Shown: one piece after another, positions 12,633 to 26,983 of the stretch
How positions within the stretch are numbered: position 1 is the first letter of the stretch
How the letters are laid out: each line of letters starts with the position of its first letter
Assembly: GCA_964016885.1 (NCBI GenBank)
Contig: OZ024742.1
Span: forward strand, 317,192,001-317,256,000
From: Eledone cirrhosa
Taxonomy: Eukaryota
Direction of reading: 5' to 3'
Length of the DNA: 64,000 bases
Position numbers and translations under genes: made by a program
The notes under the pieces: generated by a model
Databases searched by the model: none
What the model saw: only the letters and a program-made list of their open reading frames with translations
What the model was told of the DNA's origin: nothing

Positions 12633-12873
12633 ATAATAATAAAATTGATGACTAAATTCCTGTATTACAGCCCCACGTTATACCCTAAAGGATAGCACGA
12701 TCTATACGTGGATATTTTACGTCTTGATGTGGGAGCTAAGTATATGTTTGGTTTATTCCTTTACTTATTTGCATAGCGAACGTTACCACGAACCAAAGTA
12801 TCGTCTTCCTGTCTTCCTCCGGTTGCAACGTTTTTTGAAATATCCAGTTCTGCGTTTACAGATTGACTTTGTT

Positions 12874-12924
12874 AGTTTCAGAAGATCCCGTTAAGGGTGA
12901 AAGCAGCGATTCTTTGCTTAAACT
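12874..12924 (+). ncRNA. Hammerhead ribozyme (one core mutation)
   Basis: AGTTT-CAGAAGA-T-CCC-gttaa-GGG-T-GAAA-GCAG-cgattct-TTGC-TT-AAACT. Confidence 0.65.
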
Positions 12925-12940
12925 TTAATCTGTTATCTTA

Positions 12941-13006
<66 letters not shown>

Positions 13007-13195
13007 ATATATATATAAGAGAGTATTGAAGTTTGCTTGAAGCATTGTGGAATAATAAGTAAATATCTTTAAGTCGTTTGGAAGCCTCGACAATGCAAAT
13101 GGGTAAATCTCCGGGTAACAAGATCCGGTGGTGGAGAGAGAGATGTAATTGGGTGTACGTTGAGATGCGTGGTGTGTATAAGATGTGTGGAAGAA

Positions 13196-14863
13196 CCTCA
13201 TCTATCTCCCCTCCGACAAGGGAAAAGAATTCTGCGTCTTCAGTAGAGAGGCCTACAACACTCTGGCCCTCCAACACCTTGACGATGATAACCTCTACTC
13301 CAAGGTCACGGGAATCACTCCCGCGCAGATAGAAGAGCACATCAACGCCGCCTGGACCAACATGTGCGACCGGCGGAAGCTCCCGAAGAAGCTGAGATAC
13401 AACCTCCTCACGAGGAACAGCATACTACCCGCCTTCTACCCCCTCGTGAAAACACACAAACAGGGACCCGACCTGAAGATCAGGCACATCGTATCGAGCG
13501 TGGAGGGACCACTCTACAAAATTTCATGGCTCCTAGCCAGAATACTCAAACCCATCTTAGACACCTTGCCGGGACACGTTAACAGCTCCGAGGAGGTGTT
13601 GAAGTGCCTGCATCAAATGGATCCCGACACCAGAAGGAATAACAGATATGCCTTCAGCCTTGATGTAGTCGCTCTCTACACCTCGGTCCCGGCACTCCCG
13701 GCCGTCAATATACTGATGGAACGCGTTCAATCCACTGACCTACACTGCTTCGGGCTCACCACCACTGACATCCACCAACTCCTATCCATCGTCGTCGACA
13801 ACACCTACTTCGGATTCCTTGACCAAACATACCAACAAACCTCGTGATTGCCCATGGGATCAAGCCTATCAGGTGTGCTAGCGATCTCTTACATGGACAA
13901 CCTCGAATGCAAGGCACTCAACACCTGCTACCCCAACGCCGTAGCCTTTTTCTCAAGGTACGTGGACGATATCCTCATCCTCACATCTTCCCAAGACACG
14001 GCGAACAGAATCTATGAGACGTTCAACAACACGGACGAAAACATTGACTTCAGTGTTGAACACCCCACGAAGACGAGTCACTTGCCCTCCTCGACTTCCG
14101 AATCAACATCACGGAACAGGGAAGGATCCACTGCAACTTCTGCGCAAAGGCAGCCTGCAGGGACCTGTTCGTTCACTACAACTCCGCCCTCCCTAACAGT
14201 GCCAAAAGAGGATACATCACGAACGAGGTCGCGCAAATCAAAAACAAATGCAGCTATCCCGCGAGTGGTGTCACTCATACCAAGCGATTCCTCGAGGTGC
14301 TGGAGACGAACGAGTACCCTACCTCGATCACAGACAGAATAGGAGACACCAGACACAAAGGACAGAGAGGCACCCAAGGCAAGTGCTTCCTTAAAATGCC
14401 ACACCTGGGCGAGAACCACCAACGCTATCCGCAAGGCTATACGGAGGGAGGGCCTCGACATCCACCTGGCCCACTCGGGCCCCTCCCTGCGAAGATGCCT
14501 CTCCAGGAAACCCGGGAAATCTACTGACGCATGCTCTTTCAGAGACTGCCCGATACGCCATACGAACTGTTGCCTACGCACATACGTCGTGTATAAGATA
14601 GAATGTGACAGGTGCAATACTACATAGGTAGCACAATCCGACCTTTGCACATCCGGATCAAAGAACACACTAAAACCAGGGCCTCGTCTTTCCGGAAACA
14701 CATAGACAAATGCGGAAACAAAGACGGAAGGCCCATTGTCACAATTCTAGCGACTGAAAGAAACGTCGGCACGTTACGTATCAAGGAAGCGCTTTTTATC
14801 AAACGCCTGCAACCGCAAATAAACAATCGATCAGAGAGAAGCGAAATGAGATGGCTGGTTTAA
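13196..14863 (+). pseudogene. PLE reverse transcriptase plus GIY-YIG endonuclease (one stop, frameshifts)
   Basis: SDKG, FYPLVKTHK..IRHIVS, SLDVVALYTSVP, Q..*LPMGSSLS, RYVDDIL, VVYKIECDRC, YYIGST.R.L..RIKEH, IKEALFI..QPQIN. Confidence 0.92.
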
Positions 14864-15260
14864 GTTAACAAACGATGCAGCAACACACGCACACACACAC
14901 AAACCAGACAACTACAATCACACACGCACCCACACACAGTAGCATTCCACCATACGAACATACTACACTGCCAATACAGAGGAACAAGGCAACAACACAC
15001 GCACACACACACACACACACACCCAATCGAGACAACAACACACGCACACACACACAGTAACATTTAACAAACAGGCAGAGAATGGACTGACAGCTAGCGC
15101 CACCCCACTCCCTCATTCGGCCGCTGACCTCTGCCCGACCGACCCCATTTCACGCGCACGCGCGCTCTGCCGAATACCTCAGATATTCAAAACAACAAAC
15201 AGCGGAGGACGCGTTTCGCACCTGTCCGACAGACAACCTTTCCCCCACCCCGGAAAAAAA

Positions 15261-15296
15261 CCCCAGTTGATGGATGTGAATTCGAAATATATAGGG
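15261..15296 (+). ncRNA. Degenerate minimal hammerhead in the family D 3' UTR
   Basis: CCC-CAGTTGA-T-GGA-tgtgaa-TTC-GAAA-TATA-TA-GGG; two core mismatches. Confidence 0.55.
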
Positions 15297-15504
15297 ACAA
15301 TTAAATCTCTCCCAAGGTAACTCTCTCTCGTGTTATTATTTTTATTTTATCCTTTATACTCTTTCCTTCATTCTTCCACACATCTTATACACACCACGCA
15401 TCTCAACGTACACCCAATTACATCTCTCTCTCCACCACCGGATCTTGTTACCCGGAGATTTACCCATTTGCATTGTCGAGGCTTCCAAACGACTTAAAGA
15501 TATT

Positions 15505-15594
<90 letters not shown>

Positions 15595-15699
15595 GTGAGA
15601 GAAGTATTTAAATGGATACAGTTCAGTTAAAAGGAATTTATTGACACGTGTTTCAATATTCATATTACAACACTACGGAAAATACTATATATATATATA

Positions 15700-15819
<120 letters not shown>

Positions 15820-16265
15820 CCTATATATATGTGTGTGTATGTGTCACATCACCGCAAATATATTTTCCCAGAACAGCTTTGTTAGTGGTGATTGAGTGTT
15901 TCGAATAGCAACCAGACTATTTTAGAAATTGGTAACTAACAGTAAGTAGTGCACTTATATCTTGCTTTCGTCGGAGAATAATTAAAGATTGCTTAGCAAT
16001 CGCATGGTAGAAATCAGGTCACGAACGAAATTCTACTCTGCAATTGATTGATATGTTTTTCTATCCTTATTTTTTCATCACGTGACATCTTTTGTGAGGG
16101 TGATTCACCGATTTCCTGTTCAAAAAAGATAGCATAATGTTAAGTTCCTCAATTTACTTTTCGTGTGTTTACAAAATATTGCTTTACAAGCACTACTTCT
16201 TAGGCCTTTCTCTAGTACTTGTTTGTATTGAGGCACATGTGAATTGCAAATACATATCATTATTA

Positions 16266-16636
16266 TGGATTGGCAGTATCGGTAGAGGCTCGGACGCCAT
16301 GCTTTCTAGCATAGAGTTACGGCCCTTGTCATTCTGAGTTCAAATCCCGCCGAGGTTAACTTTGCCTTTCATCCTTACGGGGTCGATAAAATAAAGTACC
16401 AGTTATGCACTGGGTAATTGCTGGCCTTGTGCCAAAAGTAGAAACAATTATTATGGATTGGCAGTATCGGTAGAGGGTCAGGTGCCATGCTTTGACGCAT
16501 AGAGTTACGGCCCTTGCCCTTCTGAGTTCAAATCCCGCCGAGGTTAACTTTGCCTTTCATCCTTACGGGGTCGATAAAATAAAGTACCAGTAATGCACTG
16601 AGTAATTGCTGGCCTTGTGCCAAAAGTAGAAATAAT
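16266..16636 (+). mobile_element. Tandem SINE S1 dimer (16266-16450, 16454-16636)
   Basis: Two complete head-core-tail units joined through an ATT tail. Confidence 0.9.
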
Positions 16637-16718
16637 TATTATCATTATGTACACAGATACAAACACATACACGCACAAACATATATATATAAACATTGCT
16701 GTCTCTAATCGAGAAGAG

Positions 16719-16752
<34 letters not shown>

Positions 16753-16974
16753 GAATAATCGAGTATCGAAAAATCGGCGCACGAGTTCACGATAAACAAA
16801 ATTCGAAATGAGCGGCAGAGGGCTCAATAATTCAGATAAATCAGAGCTATAACTATCGTTAAAATACCGACACACATAGAACATGTCTAAAATCAACCAT
16901 ACGACCGAAAAATTACGATCTGGAAGATTCGGGACACTCAGATAAAATATCAATAAATCAAATGAATGTAAAAA

Positions 16975-17075
<101 letters not shown>

Positions 17076-17569
17076 AGAGGGGATACAGAGAAAGAGAGAG
17101 AGAAAGACATTGATTCTACAGGACTATGAATCTTTTATTTGTATTATATATCTATAAATATATATATATATATACACACATATATATGAGTATGTGCGTG
17201 TGGATGTGGGTGTGTCTGTGCGTATGTATATATTACATATATACACACGAACTGAGATTAATATAGATTCATATAAACACGTAGACGGATTGAAATACTT
17301 ATAAGTTTTTCGAAAACTACTGAGCTGATCTGTAATATTTTATCGGAGAGTAGAAAAGTTATAAATATTCATGCATGCACACAAATTAGTAAGAAACTCG
17401 AGTAGGTGCGTGAACGAGTGTGTTCGTATGCACACTTGTGTATGTATGTTGATTTTTCTCTCGAAAATAATTGTTTCTACTTTAGGCACAAGGGCAACAA
17501 TTTGTAGGGGAGGGGAAAGTCGATTAAATCGACCCCAAATGTTGATGGATGCGGTGGGCCTAGTAAATG

Positions 17570-18190
17570 ATATTATCATCATCATCATCATCATCATTAT
17601 CATCCGGCGACCTCAGCCGAAATCGACTCAACAATTGATCTCCACGAGGGTCTGTCGTTCATTGCCGCCGCCAAGTCCTGGATTTCAATACCAGAATCTC
17701 TGGAGATGACATCGGGGTAGGAGAGCTTGTGCCCCCTGTTATTAGTGACTGTTTGTGGTTTCCAACGCACTAGTGAGGACACAGCCTCATAGGTGGCACG
17801 ATGGCAGTGGCTAGAAAATCTTACTCTCCTTTTACATACAACGACAGATATGCGTGGGAGGCCGGCGTATATTCTTTCAAAATCAAATGTCGCCAGCTTA
17901 TGTTCTGAATCTGTCTAAGCAGGTGAGTGTAGGTTCCATTAAGGCGCTTTTGTTGTTTGGATGAAAGCCTCCATGTTTCACATCCATATAGCAAGATTGT
18001 TTGAATTGTTACTTGGAAGATACTGATTTTGGTGTGGTTGGAAAGATTTGAGCAGCAAACTCGATCCATCTTGTTGCAAGCTGACCATGCTTGGGCCTTT
18101 CTGATGGCAAAGTCATTCTCAGAGTCCATGATCTAGGACCCAAGATAGTTGAAATCCTCGACTTGCTTGATATCATTGCCGTTGATTGCT
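17570..18190 (-). mobile_element. RTE-like LINE 3' fragment with (GAT)n tail
   Basis: DFNYLGS, AIRKAQAWSACNKM, TILLYGCETW, L.GTYT.LLR; the tail is (ATC)n on the + strand. Confidence 0.8.
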
Positions 18191-18851
18191 TTGATGTTGT
18201 TGCCTGTACAGTTTGATATGTACTCTGTTTTACCCCCGTTGATGTATTCGAATTAGTAAAGTGGTGAACTAAATGTTTTAGAGGTTTTCGTCTATCTGTC
18301 CTAAATTGAATTACTATTGTGGCCAATTATCGTTTTATTTCTCTTGGATTCATGACTTGTATACCTGTAATATACTGTGTAGATTCAATCAGTTATATGT
18401 TTATATATTTTCAAACAAAAGTAGTTTGTAACGTTCAAAGGGATCAATAATTTCGTCGATGATATCATTCCAAAATCTATTTACTTGTTTCTAGTTTCTT
18501 TAGAATCATTCAATCGATTTTATCAGCAATTGCGCCAAGTAAAATCGGAAACCCTCTACAGTTTCAGGTGTAGGAAAGAAAAGGAATGAATATACTAAGA
18601 AGAAATAATATGGATTTTTAAATTTATATGGATTTATTTTACTAGTATGATTTTGATTTTCTCTTTCTTTTAACATTGCATTTTATTGCAGCATTTTCCG
18701 AAAGCTTCGGGAGTACTTTAAAAGAACTTTTATGTGCTATGAATGTATTCGTAAGGTATCAGTTGAAAGAAAAGAAAGTACTGTTTACACTAAAGTATAC
18801 AATATATACATATATATATATACACTCACATATATCTATATATATTTATAT

Positions 18852-18943
<92 letters not shown>

Positions 18944-19062
18944 ATATAAATAGATACAGATATATGTGAGTGTATGTGTGTGCGTGTGCGTGCGCGCGTG
19001 CGTGTGTGTCTACATTTCGGTGTATGTGTATTTGTGAATGTGTATAGTTGCATGTACCTGAC

Positions 19063-19495
19063 ATAATTGTTTCTATTTGTAGGCACAAGGCCAGAAATTA
19101 CCCAGTACATTACTGGTACTTTATTTTATCGACCCCGTAAGGATGAAAGGCAAAGTTAACCTCGGCGGGATTTGAACTCAGATCATAAAGGGACGTAACT
19201 CTATGCTTCAAAGCATGGTGTCCGACTCTCCACTGGTTTATAAATACACTCTAAAAAATACGAACTTTTTTGGCACAAGGCCAGCAACTATCCAGTACAT
19301 TTGGTTTGACATAATTGTTTCTATTTGTAGGCACAAGGCCAGCAATTACCCAGTACATTACTGGTACTTTATTTTATCGACCCCGTAAGGATGAAATGCA
19401 AAGTGAACCTCGGGGGTATTTGAACACAGACCGTAAAGGGACGTAACTATGCTGGAAAGCATGGCTTCCGACGCTCTACCGATACTGCCAATCCA
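19063..19495 (-). mobile_element. SINE S1 cluster (19063-19226, 19270-19300 fragment, 19311-19495)
   Basis: Reverse complement of S1 units. Confidence 0.85.
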
Positions 19496-19659
19496 CATAT
19501 ACATATGATATAATGATATTTGATTAATATAATATACATTACATGAAGTATAAATAATATATAAAATGGCTGGCTGAATATGCACGTGTATTTTTTCTCC
19601 CGTTCCTTCCTCTTTTTACTCTCTATCTTTCAATTTCATCTTTCATTTCTCACTCCTCT

Positions 19660-19697
19660 GTCTTCTGTTGAAAGACTGGTGTTCGAAACGTTAAGAC
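19660..19697 (+). ncRNA. Minimal hammerhead ribozyme (one core mutation)
   Basis: GTCTT-CTGTTGA-AAGAC-tggt-GTTC-GAAA-CG-TT-AAGAC; 5-bp stem I. Confidence 0.65.
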
Positions 19698-19978
19698 TAT
19701 TATTTTAAGCGCATATATATATATATATATGTTTCTTATTGGCAACATGACCATCCCAAAGTATAACAATATATATATATATATAAACAATCGATCGACA
19801 TTTGTCAAATCGGACCGAGGAAACAATGTTTCTATTGGTCTTTCTAATTGTTGCTACTATCTATCGGTTACAACTCCAGGTAGAAAAGGCAACGTGAAAT
19901 AAATTCTCTTGTTCAAGGCCATTACGCATCACCCGGTTCGATTGCGAATTCAATTCAGTAACCAATCAGCCACGCGCC

Positions 19979-20076
<98 letters not shown>

Positions 20077-20232
20077 TATATGTATATATATATATATGTA
20101 CATATATGTACAAATATATTTATATATATATATATACATATATATATACATATGTATATATATATATATATACATACATATATACATATGTATATATACA
20201 TTCATATATATATATATATATATGTGTGTGTG

Positions 20233-20283
<51 letters not shown>

Positions 20284-20381
20284 GGGTGTGTATGATTGTG
20301 TATAGAAGATTATATTAATAAAAAGAAGTTTGCAATTTTCAATGTTGAAAATTGCAAACTTGACTGTCATCACTGAGTGTC

Positions 20382-20416
20382 AACCTGAAGATTGCGAAAG
20401 TATGAAAGTACTTGTT
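20382..20416 (+). ncRNA. Minimal hammerhead ribozyme
   Basis: AAC-CTGAAGA-T-TGC-gaaa-GTA-T-GAAA-GTAC-TT-GTT. Confidence 0.7.
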
Positions 20417-20481
20417 CAATTAACACTTAACATTTAATATTCTACCATACTATTTCATTCTAATATCATTATAAGTTTAAA

Positions 20482-20593
20482 GTTCAAATCCCGCCAAGGT
20501 TAACTTTGCCTTTCATCCTTACGGGGTCAATAAAATAAAGTACCAGTAATGTGCTGGTTAATTTGCTGGCCTTGTGCCAAATGTAGAAACAAA
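20482..20593 (+). mobile_element. SINE S1, 5'-truncated
   Basis: gttcaaatcccgcc...gcctttcatccttacgggg...gtagaaacaa. Confidence 0.85.
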
Positions 20594-20661
20594 TTAATAT
20601 ATATATATTAATAAAAGGAATTCCAACTTTGAGTAAATCAAAGTTGGAATTCCTTTTATTA

Positions 20662-20708
<47 letters not shown>

Positions 20709-20796
20709 TGTATGTATGTATGTATGTATGTATGTATGTATGTATGTATGTGTGTATGTGTGTGTGTGTACGTGGTTGTGTGTGTGGGGGAGGGTA

Positions 20797-21715
20797 CAGT
20801 GGGCGCTAGTTATTTGAGAACAAAATTTTAATTTAAGGAAAACAAATATATTTAATAGAAAATTCATATATTGTTATAGGATTAGGTAGAGATATTCTCA
20901 CAGACATAGCAAAAGGTCATTAATAAAACAACATCAGCCCCGATACTGCTTCTGAAATGACATGCGTTTTTCGAATGATCCTTCTTTACCTTCGCCATAA
21001 CAGCCACAATACCAGATTTCATCGAGCTCTTTGGATTATGGGCATGATTGTAGGTCTACTTCTCAACAATGCCTGAGACAAATTAATCCAGAGTTTTAAA
21101 TCAGGAGAGCTATGAAGCCAAATGTTAAGATTAACATGATCATGAATATTTTCAGTCACCTAGGCTGGATTTTGCAAGCTGTGGGTGAGGCAGCAAGGTT
21201 TTGCGGGAACAAAGAAGACCTTCCCTGGGCAACTCTTATGATACAGGACTTGACAACCGGCTTCAATATCTGAATGTAGGCTGCGCCATTGATCCTAAGG
21301 CCTTCCGTGAAAAAGTGAAGAAGCATGACGTGGCTTTCATCTCTCACGACTCCAAAGACAATCACAGACGATGGTGACTTCAGTGAGGCTGGCCTAAAGA
21401 CGTCTGCCATTCCTCCTTTTTATTTTGGACAAGGTTCTGCTCATCTTAGAAGAAACAATACATATCTGTCTCCTTAGGTTACTTGAGGTTATTCAGGAAG
21501 CGCTTCATCCGGATCACACTTATTTTCTGTGTTTTATGAGATATGAAGGACTCTCTTTTCCTAGCATAAGATTTGTAACATGTTTTCGTGTACCTCGTGT
21601 CCGATGTCTGACATTGAGCTGATTAGTAATAGCTCTAATTGACCTGCCCGTATATTCGTTGATGATGTCCAGGAACTGCTGGAGAACTTTTGACCCGAGA
21701 TTATGTATCTTTCCT
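20797..21715 (-). mobile_element. Decayed Tc1/mariner-superfamily (maT-like) transposase
   Basis: KSPSSVIVFGVV..ESHVMLLHFFTEGLRINGAAY..IL..VVK....VAQGR..LFPQN.A resembles KHPASVMVFG..FQQDSAP. Boundaries approximate. Confidence 0.7.
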
Positions 21716-21733
21716 TTTTACCACAGTTAGTGT

Positions 21734-21800
<67 letters not shown>

Positions 21801-21801
<1 letters not shown>

Positions 21802-24800
21802 TATTTCTTTATTTACCATAAAGGCATAAAAAGAAGGGACAAATACAAAGGGGGAGTTTACATAAAACAGAGTAAAAAGGGTATAAAATGAAAATAATCG
21901 AAAACAACCTCAAAAGGGAGGGGACGTGATAGGGGTTGCACACACCCCCGAAAAAGTGTGCAATCCTTTGCCCGGGGAGCATATGGAGAAGGTGCTCCCC
22001 TCTCCTTCACTTCTTTACTCACAGGATGGTATACAGAGAAGGCCCAGTTACACGAGCTATTCTCGCCACTATCACCCACCTTTCATAAAACTGCCTGTGG
22101 CCAAGCACCTCTCTCTCCATTCTTATCCTTCTTCCGAAGTGATATCGGAAGAAGTAGACCAGACTATGGCCAGAGAGGAAGAAGCCTGACCTCAGACCTT
22201 TCAATCGTGTCCACCAAACAACCTCTTTCAACATGGCTATTACGCACAGAAAAACCGCTTTTGCTTCTTTTGTGAAGAGGCGAGGCGGCTTGATTGTCAT
22301 CACGGACTCGGCGGTCAATCGAATCGGCGCCACCCGCAACAGCAGTCGTTCGGCGTAGTCCCACAGATCAGCCACGCCCGGACATTGCACCAATGCGTGC
22401 GCAACGGTTTCTTCGTGACGCACGCATCTAGGGCAAATCTTTTACGGATGATCCCTGCCCGGGCGCCCGTGTCTGTAGAGCCTCTCTCCAACGGGTAGAG
22501 CCCCCCCCCCCCCCCCCGGTAGCACTGCCAGGCTAGTGACTTCTGGAAGTTGTCCATTGGTCCCGGGCCGAAAGTCCTGCCGAACAGGCTGGCCAGTTCG
22601 TCCTCTTCCATGTCCAGCGACTCTCCAAGGGTGTCATCGCTCCTGCTAGCCACCAGCCCTCTATAGAATGATGAGCTGGATTCTCCACCGATGGCCGGGC
22701 CCGCTTGACAGAGAGCCCTGAGCGCCTGGCCACACTCAGTGTGCCAGTCTCCCAGTTTTCCGGATCTTTGCTTGACCCAGGACTGCAGCTCGGTGAGCGA
22801 GACGAGTCTCGGAAAGGCTCGTTTCACGAACGGAGCCCACACCGATTGACCAGTGAGGAATACCTGTAGGTGCCGTAGCCTTAATGCGTGTCTACGCATC
22901 ATCAACCACGGCATCCCCAGCCCTCCTTTCGAAGGTTGTTGGCAGCAGATGGATCTTCTCACCATAGGAGGGTGCTTCTTCCAAAGGAATTGGAAGAGCA
23001 TGCGTTCCATGGCGGTGAGTGTTTCCTTAGGGCAAGGCACGACAGTCAGGCGGTAGTAAGTGACGGACGCTATGTAAATGTTCGCCACCTCCGCCCGACC
23101 TTTTAGGGACAGCTTACAGTTGGCCCATTTCTGGGTTAGTGCAAACACCTTGTTCGTAACCTCGTCCCAGTTGTTTTCCACCTGGAGGTCCGGTCCAAAC
23201 CAGACCCCAAGCAACTTCACCGGGCCCTCTGTCCAGTGTCCGACGACACCGTCGGGAGGCATCGGTCTGCCTCTCCACGTTCCGAGTTGCAGCCCGATGG
23301 ATTTTTCCCGGTTCAGTTTCGCTCCTGACAACCTTTCGTAATCCTCCAGTAAGGTACCGATCGCCTCGATCTCTGAGTCGGTCGATACCATTACTGTTAC
23401 GTCATCGGCGTAGGCCGACACAGCTTTGCTCAATCCTGGTTCCAGGGGGATATCCTGCAACAACTCCAACTTCCTCAGTAAAGGCTCGAGAGTCAATACG
23501 TACAGAAGGGAGGAGAGAGGGCACCCCTGTCGAATGGATCGTGTGATTTCGAACGGCTTCGAAAGGTAGCCGTTCACCTTGATCCTAGAACAGATGTGGT
23601 TGCTATGTAAGGTAGTGATCCAGCCTCTGAAAACAGGACCAAACCCAGCCGCCGCTAGCACCGCATCCAGGTAACCATGGTCGACCCTATGGAATGCCTT
23701 AGATTGATCCAAGTTGATCAGGGCCCCGCCACAGCCGGGTTTGTTGCCAACCCTCTCTATGATGTATCGCATGAGGTGGAGGTTATCGTGAATGGACCTG
23801 GATGGGATAGCACATGTCTGCGCATCTCCCACCAGGCCACCCACGACAAGCGCCAACCTCTTTGCTAACACCTTGGCCAAAATCTTTAACTCTGTGTTTA
23901 GCAGGGTTATGGGCCGAAAATTATTTATACTATCCCTCTTGTTCTCGTCCTTCCTCACCAGCGAAACTACGCCCTTGGCTACAGAACAAGGAATTCTCCC
24001 GTGCTGCTGCCAATTGCAGTAGACCGCTTCGAGGAGTTCGGAGAAGAAGACCGGCATTGCCAAATAAAGTTCGTAAGGTATACCATCGAGACCTGGAGAT
24101 TTGCGTCTGCTGCATTGGCTCAGCGCATCCCCGATCTCATCAGCCGAGATTGATCCCTCGCAGGACTCTGCCTCTTCGCTCGAGAGACGCGGCAGGCCGT
24201 CGAGGTATGGACCGAAATCCACGTCCCCGCCCGGACCCTCGCCTCCCCCGAACAATCGGGCAAAGTGCCTTTGAAAGGCCTCGCACATCTGCTTAGGCTC
24301 CCGGATTACCCGTCCATCCTCGTCTTGCAAAGACCGGATGGTGGATCGATTTCCACTCTTAGCTTCTGTCACGCGGGCCCAGCCAACCGCTTTGGCCCCC
24401 TCATTACCTAGAGCACGTATTTTACTTCGAATGACGCAGCCTTCGTGCTTTGCATCGAAAAACTGGCTCAAGGCCGTCCTCGATGCCAGCACTCTGGCTA
24501 CATCTTCGCTCTTGATTGCCTCTTCTAATTTACCTGTTAATTATTTCTCGTTTCTATTCCTATCGGCAGCTAACATCTTGCTATAACTTATTGATTCTGT
24601 TCTAATCTCTCTTCTGAGAGATGCCCACCATCGGTTGTTGACGATTGCAGCCGTTAACCTCTCCTTAACTAATCTGCTAATCCGGTTTCTGTAAGTCTCT
24701 TTTGCCGGTAAAGACAAATTAAGTTTCCAGTAACCGGGACCCTGTTTATGTGTTTTCTCAAGATTGACTACGCAGGTCACTAATTTGTGATCCGTATAGC

Positions 24801-26084
24801 CAACCGTGAGCATTTCTGGACAGCTTAATATGTCCCTATCCTTACTTCTAACTAAGAATCTATCTAAGTACGTTCTAGATTGACCACTGTGGTCCTTCCA
24901 AGTCCAGGTTGGCACAGTTGGAAAATCTAGTCGATATCTATCGACCAAGTTAAAACGGTCGAGTAACCCCTTGAGGCTGTTACACCCCCCTCTATTAGGA
25001 CATGCTCCTGCATAGTCCCAACGTGCATCTAGGATGTCATTCCAATCCCCCGCTAGAAGCAGGGAACGCGACGTTCCCAGAAAAGTCTCCAGACGCTGGA
25101 AGAAGTCGGGTCGTTCAGCTCCGTAAGGGGAGTAGACGGTGACCAGTCTCAAGGCCGCACCTTCACTACTGTCAACGTCTAGCACCAACAAACGACCCTC
25201 CGGGTCCGAGTGAACAAACTGTACGGCGAGACTCAGGTGTTTTTCCAGCAGTACGACAACCCCACCCCCACCTCCAGGTTGACAGAGAGATGCATGTACC
25301 TTAAAGTCATCGAAGGTAGGGGCCAGCTGCCGCACGACGCTGATCCGAGTCTCACAGATAACCATTACATTTATACCGTGACCTGAGGTCATTTAGAAGC
25401 TTTGCTTGCTTCCAAGTTGAGTCTAGGCCACGTGCATTCAAACATCCTACTCTTAACACATCCATGTGGGCGGCAAAGCCAAAGGAGAGTATAGAGACCT
25501 ACCTTTCTGCTTCCCGGGGTTCGGGTCGCACGACTTCCATGTCGTCGGGGGTGTTGGGTGAAGGGGTGTCTTGTAATGGTGTGGGGTCGTCAGTGTGTGG
25601 TGGGGTTGGGGTGTTTGGAGTTGTGTTGGGGAGGGGAAGAGGAGGGGGAAAGCTTTTTAGTAGGACGCGGTTTATGGGTTTGACAGAGGGTGGTCCTACG
25701 TCCTCCTTAAAATCCTTTTTTAGTTTTTGGTAGAGGTTCATTGGGATCTTTATTAATTTTAAATGTGGGTAGTTTTCTGAAGAAACAAAGTTTACACCTT
25801 CGGTTTGTACCGAAGGGTTATTGTTTATGAGTTCATTTAATTTATTATTGTTTCTGTTGATGTAAGTATAGTGTAAGGTCTTTTTTTCGGATGTTGCGAG
25901 TGTTTCGAAGAGAGGAGGGGTAGGTTTGGTTTTGTTTGTTGCTGGAGGGTGTTTTGTGTTTTGTTGGATTGTGTTGACATTTGGGTAGGGGTTGTTTGGT
26001 CTTGTGTGTTTTGCACATGTTTTCTTTTTTTCCTTTTAATCTATCTGAAGGATTTCGTTTCTTCCTCCGAATTCGTTGGGTTAA
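21801..26084 (-). mobile_element. Tx1/L1-clade LINE copy 1 (ORF1 C-terminus, APE-RT ORF2, frameshifted)
   Basis: GDWN, YLDRF, YTDH, GYWKLN, KSPGLDG, RPITLLN, RQGCPLS, YADD; (GATA)n on both sides. Confidence 0.95.
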
Positions 26085-26180
26085 ATAGATAGATAGATAG
26101 GCAGATAGATAGATAGAGAGAGAGAGCTAGGTGGTTAGAGTGATTGATAGATAGATATATAGATATATAGATATATAGAT

Positions 26181-26908
26181 ATATTTCTTTATTTGCCACA
26201 GGGGCGTACAAAAATGGGACATTACAAGACGTGACGGCGGGGGTTTTACATAAAAATAACTTTAACATTAATAAATAAGGATAAACTATATATAATAAAA
26301 TAAGAATTGAAATCCCAATAGGGGGGAACGTTACTGCAGGGTTGTTTTACACCCCGTGGATAGAACAACCCTCAACACCAGGAACACGTTTTGTAGGTGT
26401 TCCTGTCTTCCCTCTGTTTATCTTCCTCAACCTACAGGTTTATATACAGAGAAGGCCCATTCACTCGGGCCATTTTTGCCACATTCACCCACCTTTCAGC
26501 GAATTTACTGGGATGTAGCACCTCTCTCTCCACTCTCACCTTTCTTCTGAAGTGATACTTAAAGAAGGGGATAAGTTGTTGTCCCTACAGAAAGGTGTTT
26601 GCCCTCAGTCCTTTTAACCTCGTCCACCATATTACATCTTTCGCCATAGCCACCAGACAGAGGAAAACCGCCTCTCCTTCGTTTTTGAAGGCGGGTGGCG
26701 GTTTGATCATGGCAATGGACTCAGTGGACAATAGTCGTCCTACATAGCCCCAGAGGTCGGTAACGCCCAGTCATAATGGAGAAGAGAGGGCATCCCTGAC
26801 GGATGGAACGCATGATTTGGAATGACTCTGATAGGTAGCTATTAACCTTGACTGCCGAGCTGATGCTGATGTGCATGGCAGCGATCCAGCCTCTGAAGAC
26901 GGGACCAT
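26181..26908 (-). mobile_element. Tx1/L1 copy 2 (short mosaic)
   Basis: 3' end plus an RT fragment (IRQGCPL); (GATA)n flanks. Confidence 0.85.
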
Positions 26909-26919
26909 AGATGAAATAT

Positions 26920-26980
<61 letters not shown>

Positions 26981-26983
<3 letters not shown>

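Larger units (their letters stand above)
13017..15507 (+). mobile_element. PLE (family D) with inverted pLTR; identical 137-bp arms 13059-13195 and 15371-15507
   Basis: RT plus GIY-YIG between tail-out inverted repeats; (TA)n on both sides. Confidence 0.92.

Noticed and set aside
13845-13847. In-frame TGA in the PLE RT as selenocysteine (as in Naiad selenoproteins)
   Set aside because: It sits at the conserved Gly of QxxGxPMG (GGA>TGA), not a Cys position; the copy is also frameshifted and I saw no SECIS.
16266-16636. SINE heads as tRNA genes, or the tandem units as a CRISPR array
   Set aside because: No cloverleaf and no unique spacers; dispersed SINE in a eukaryotic context.
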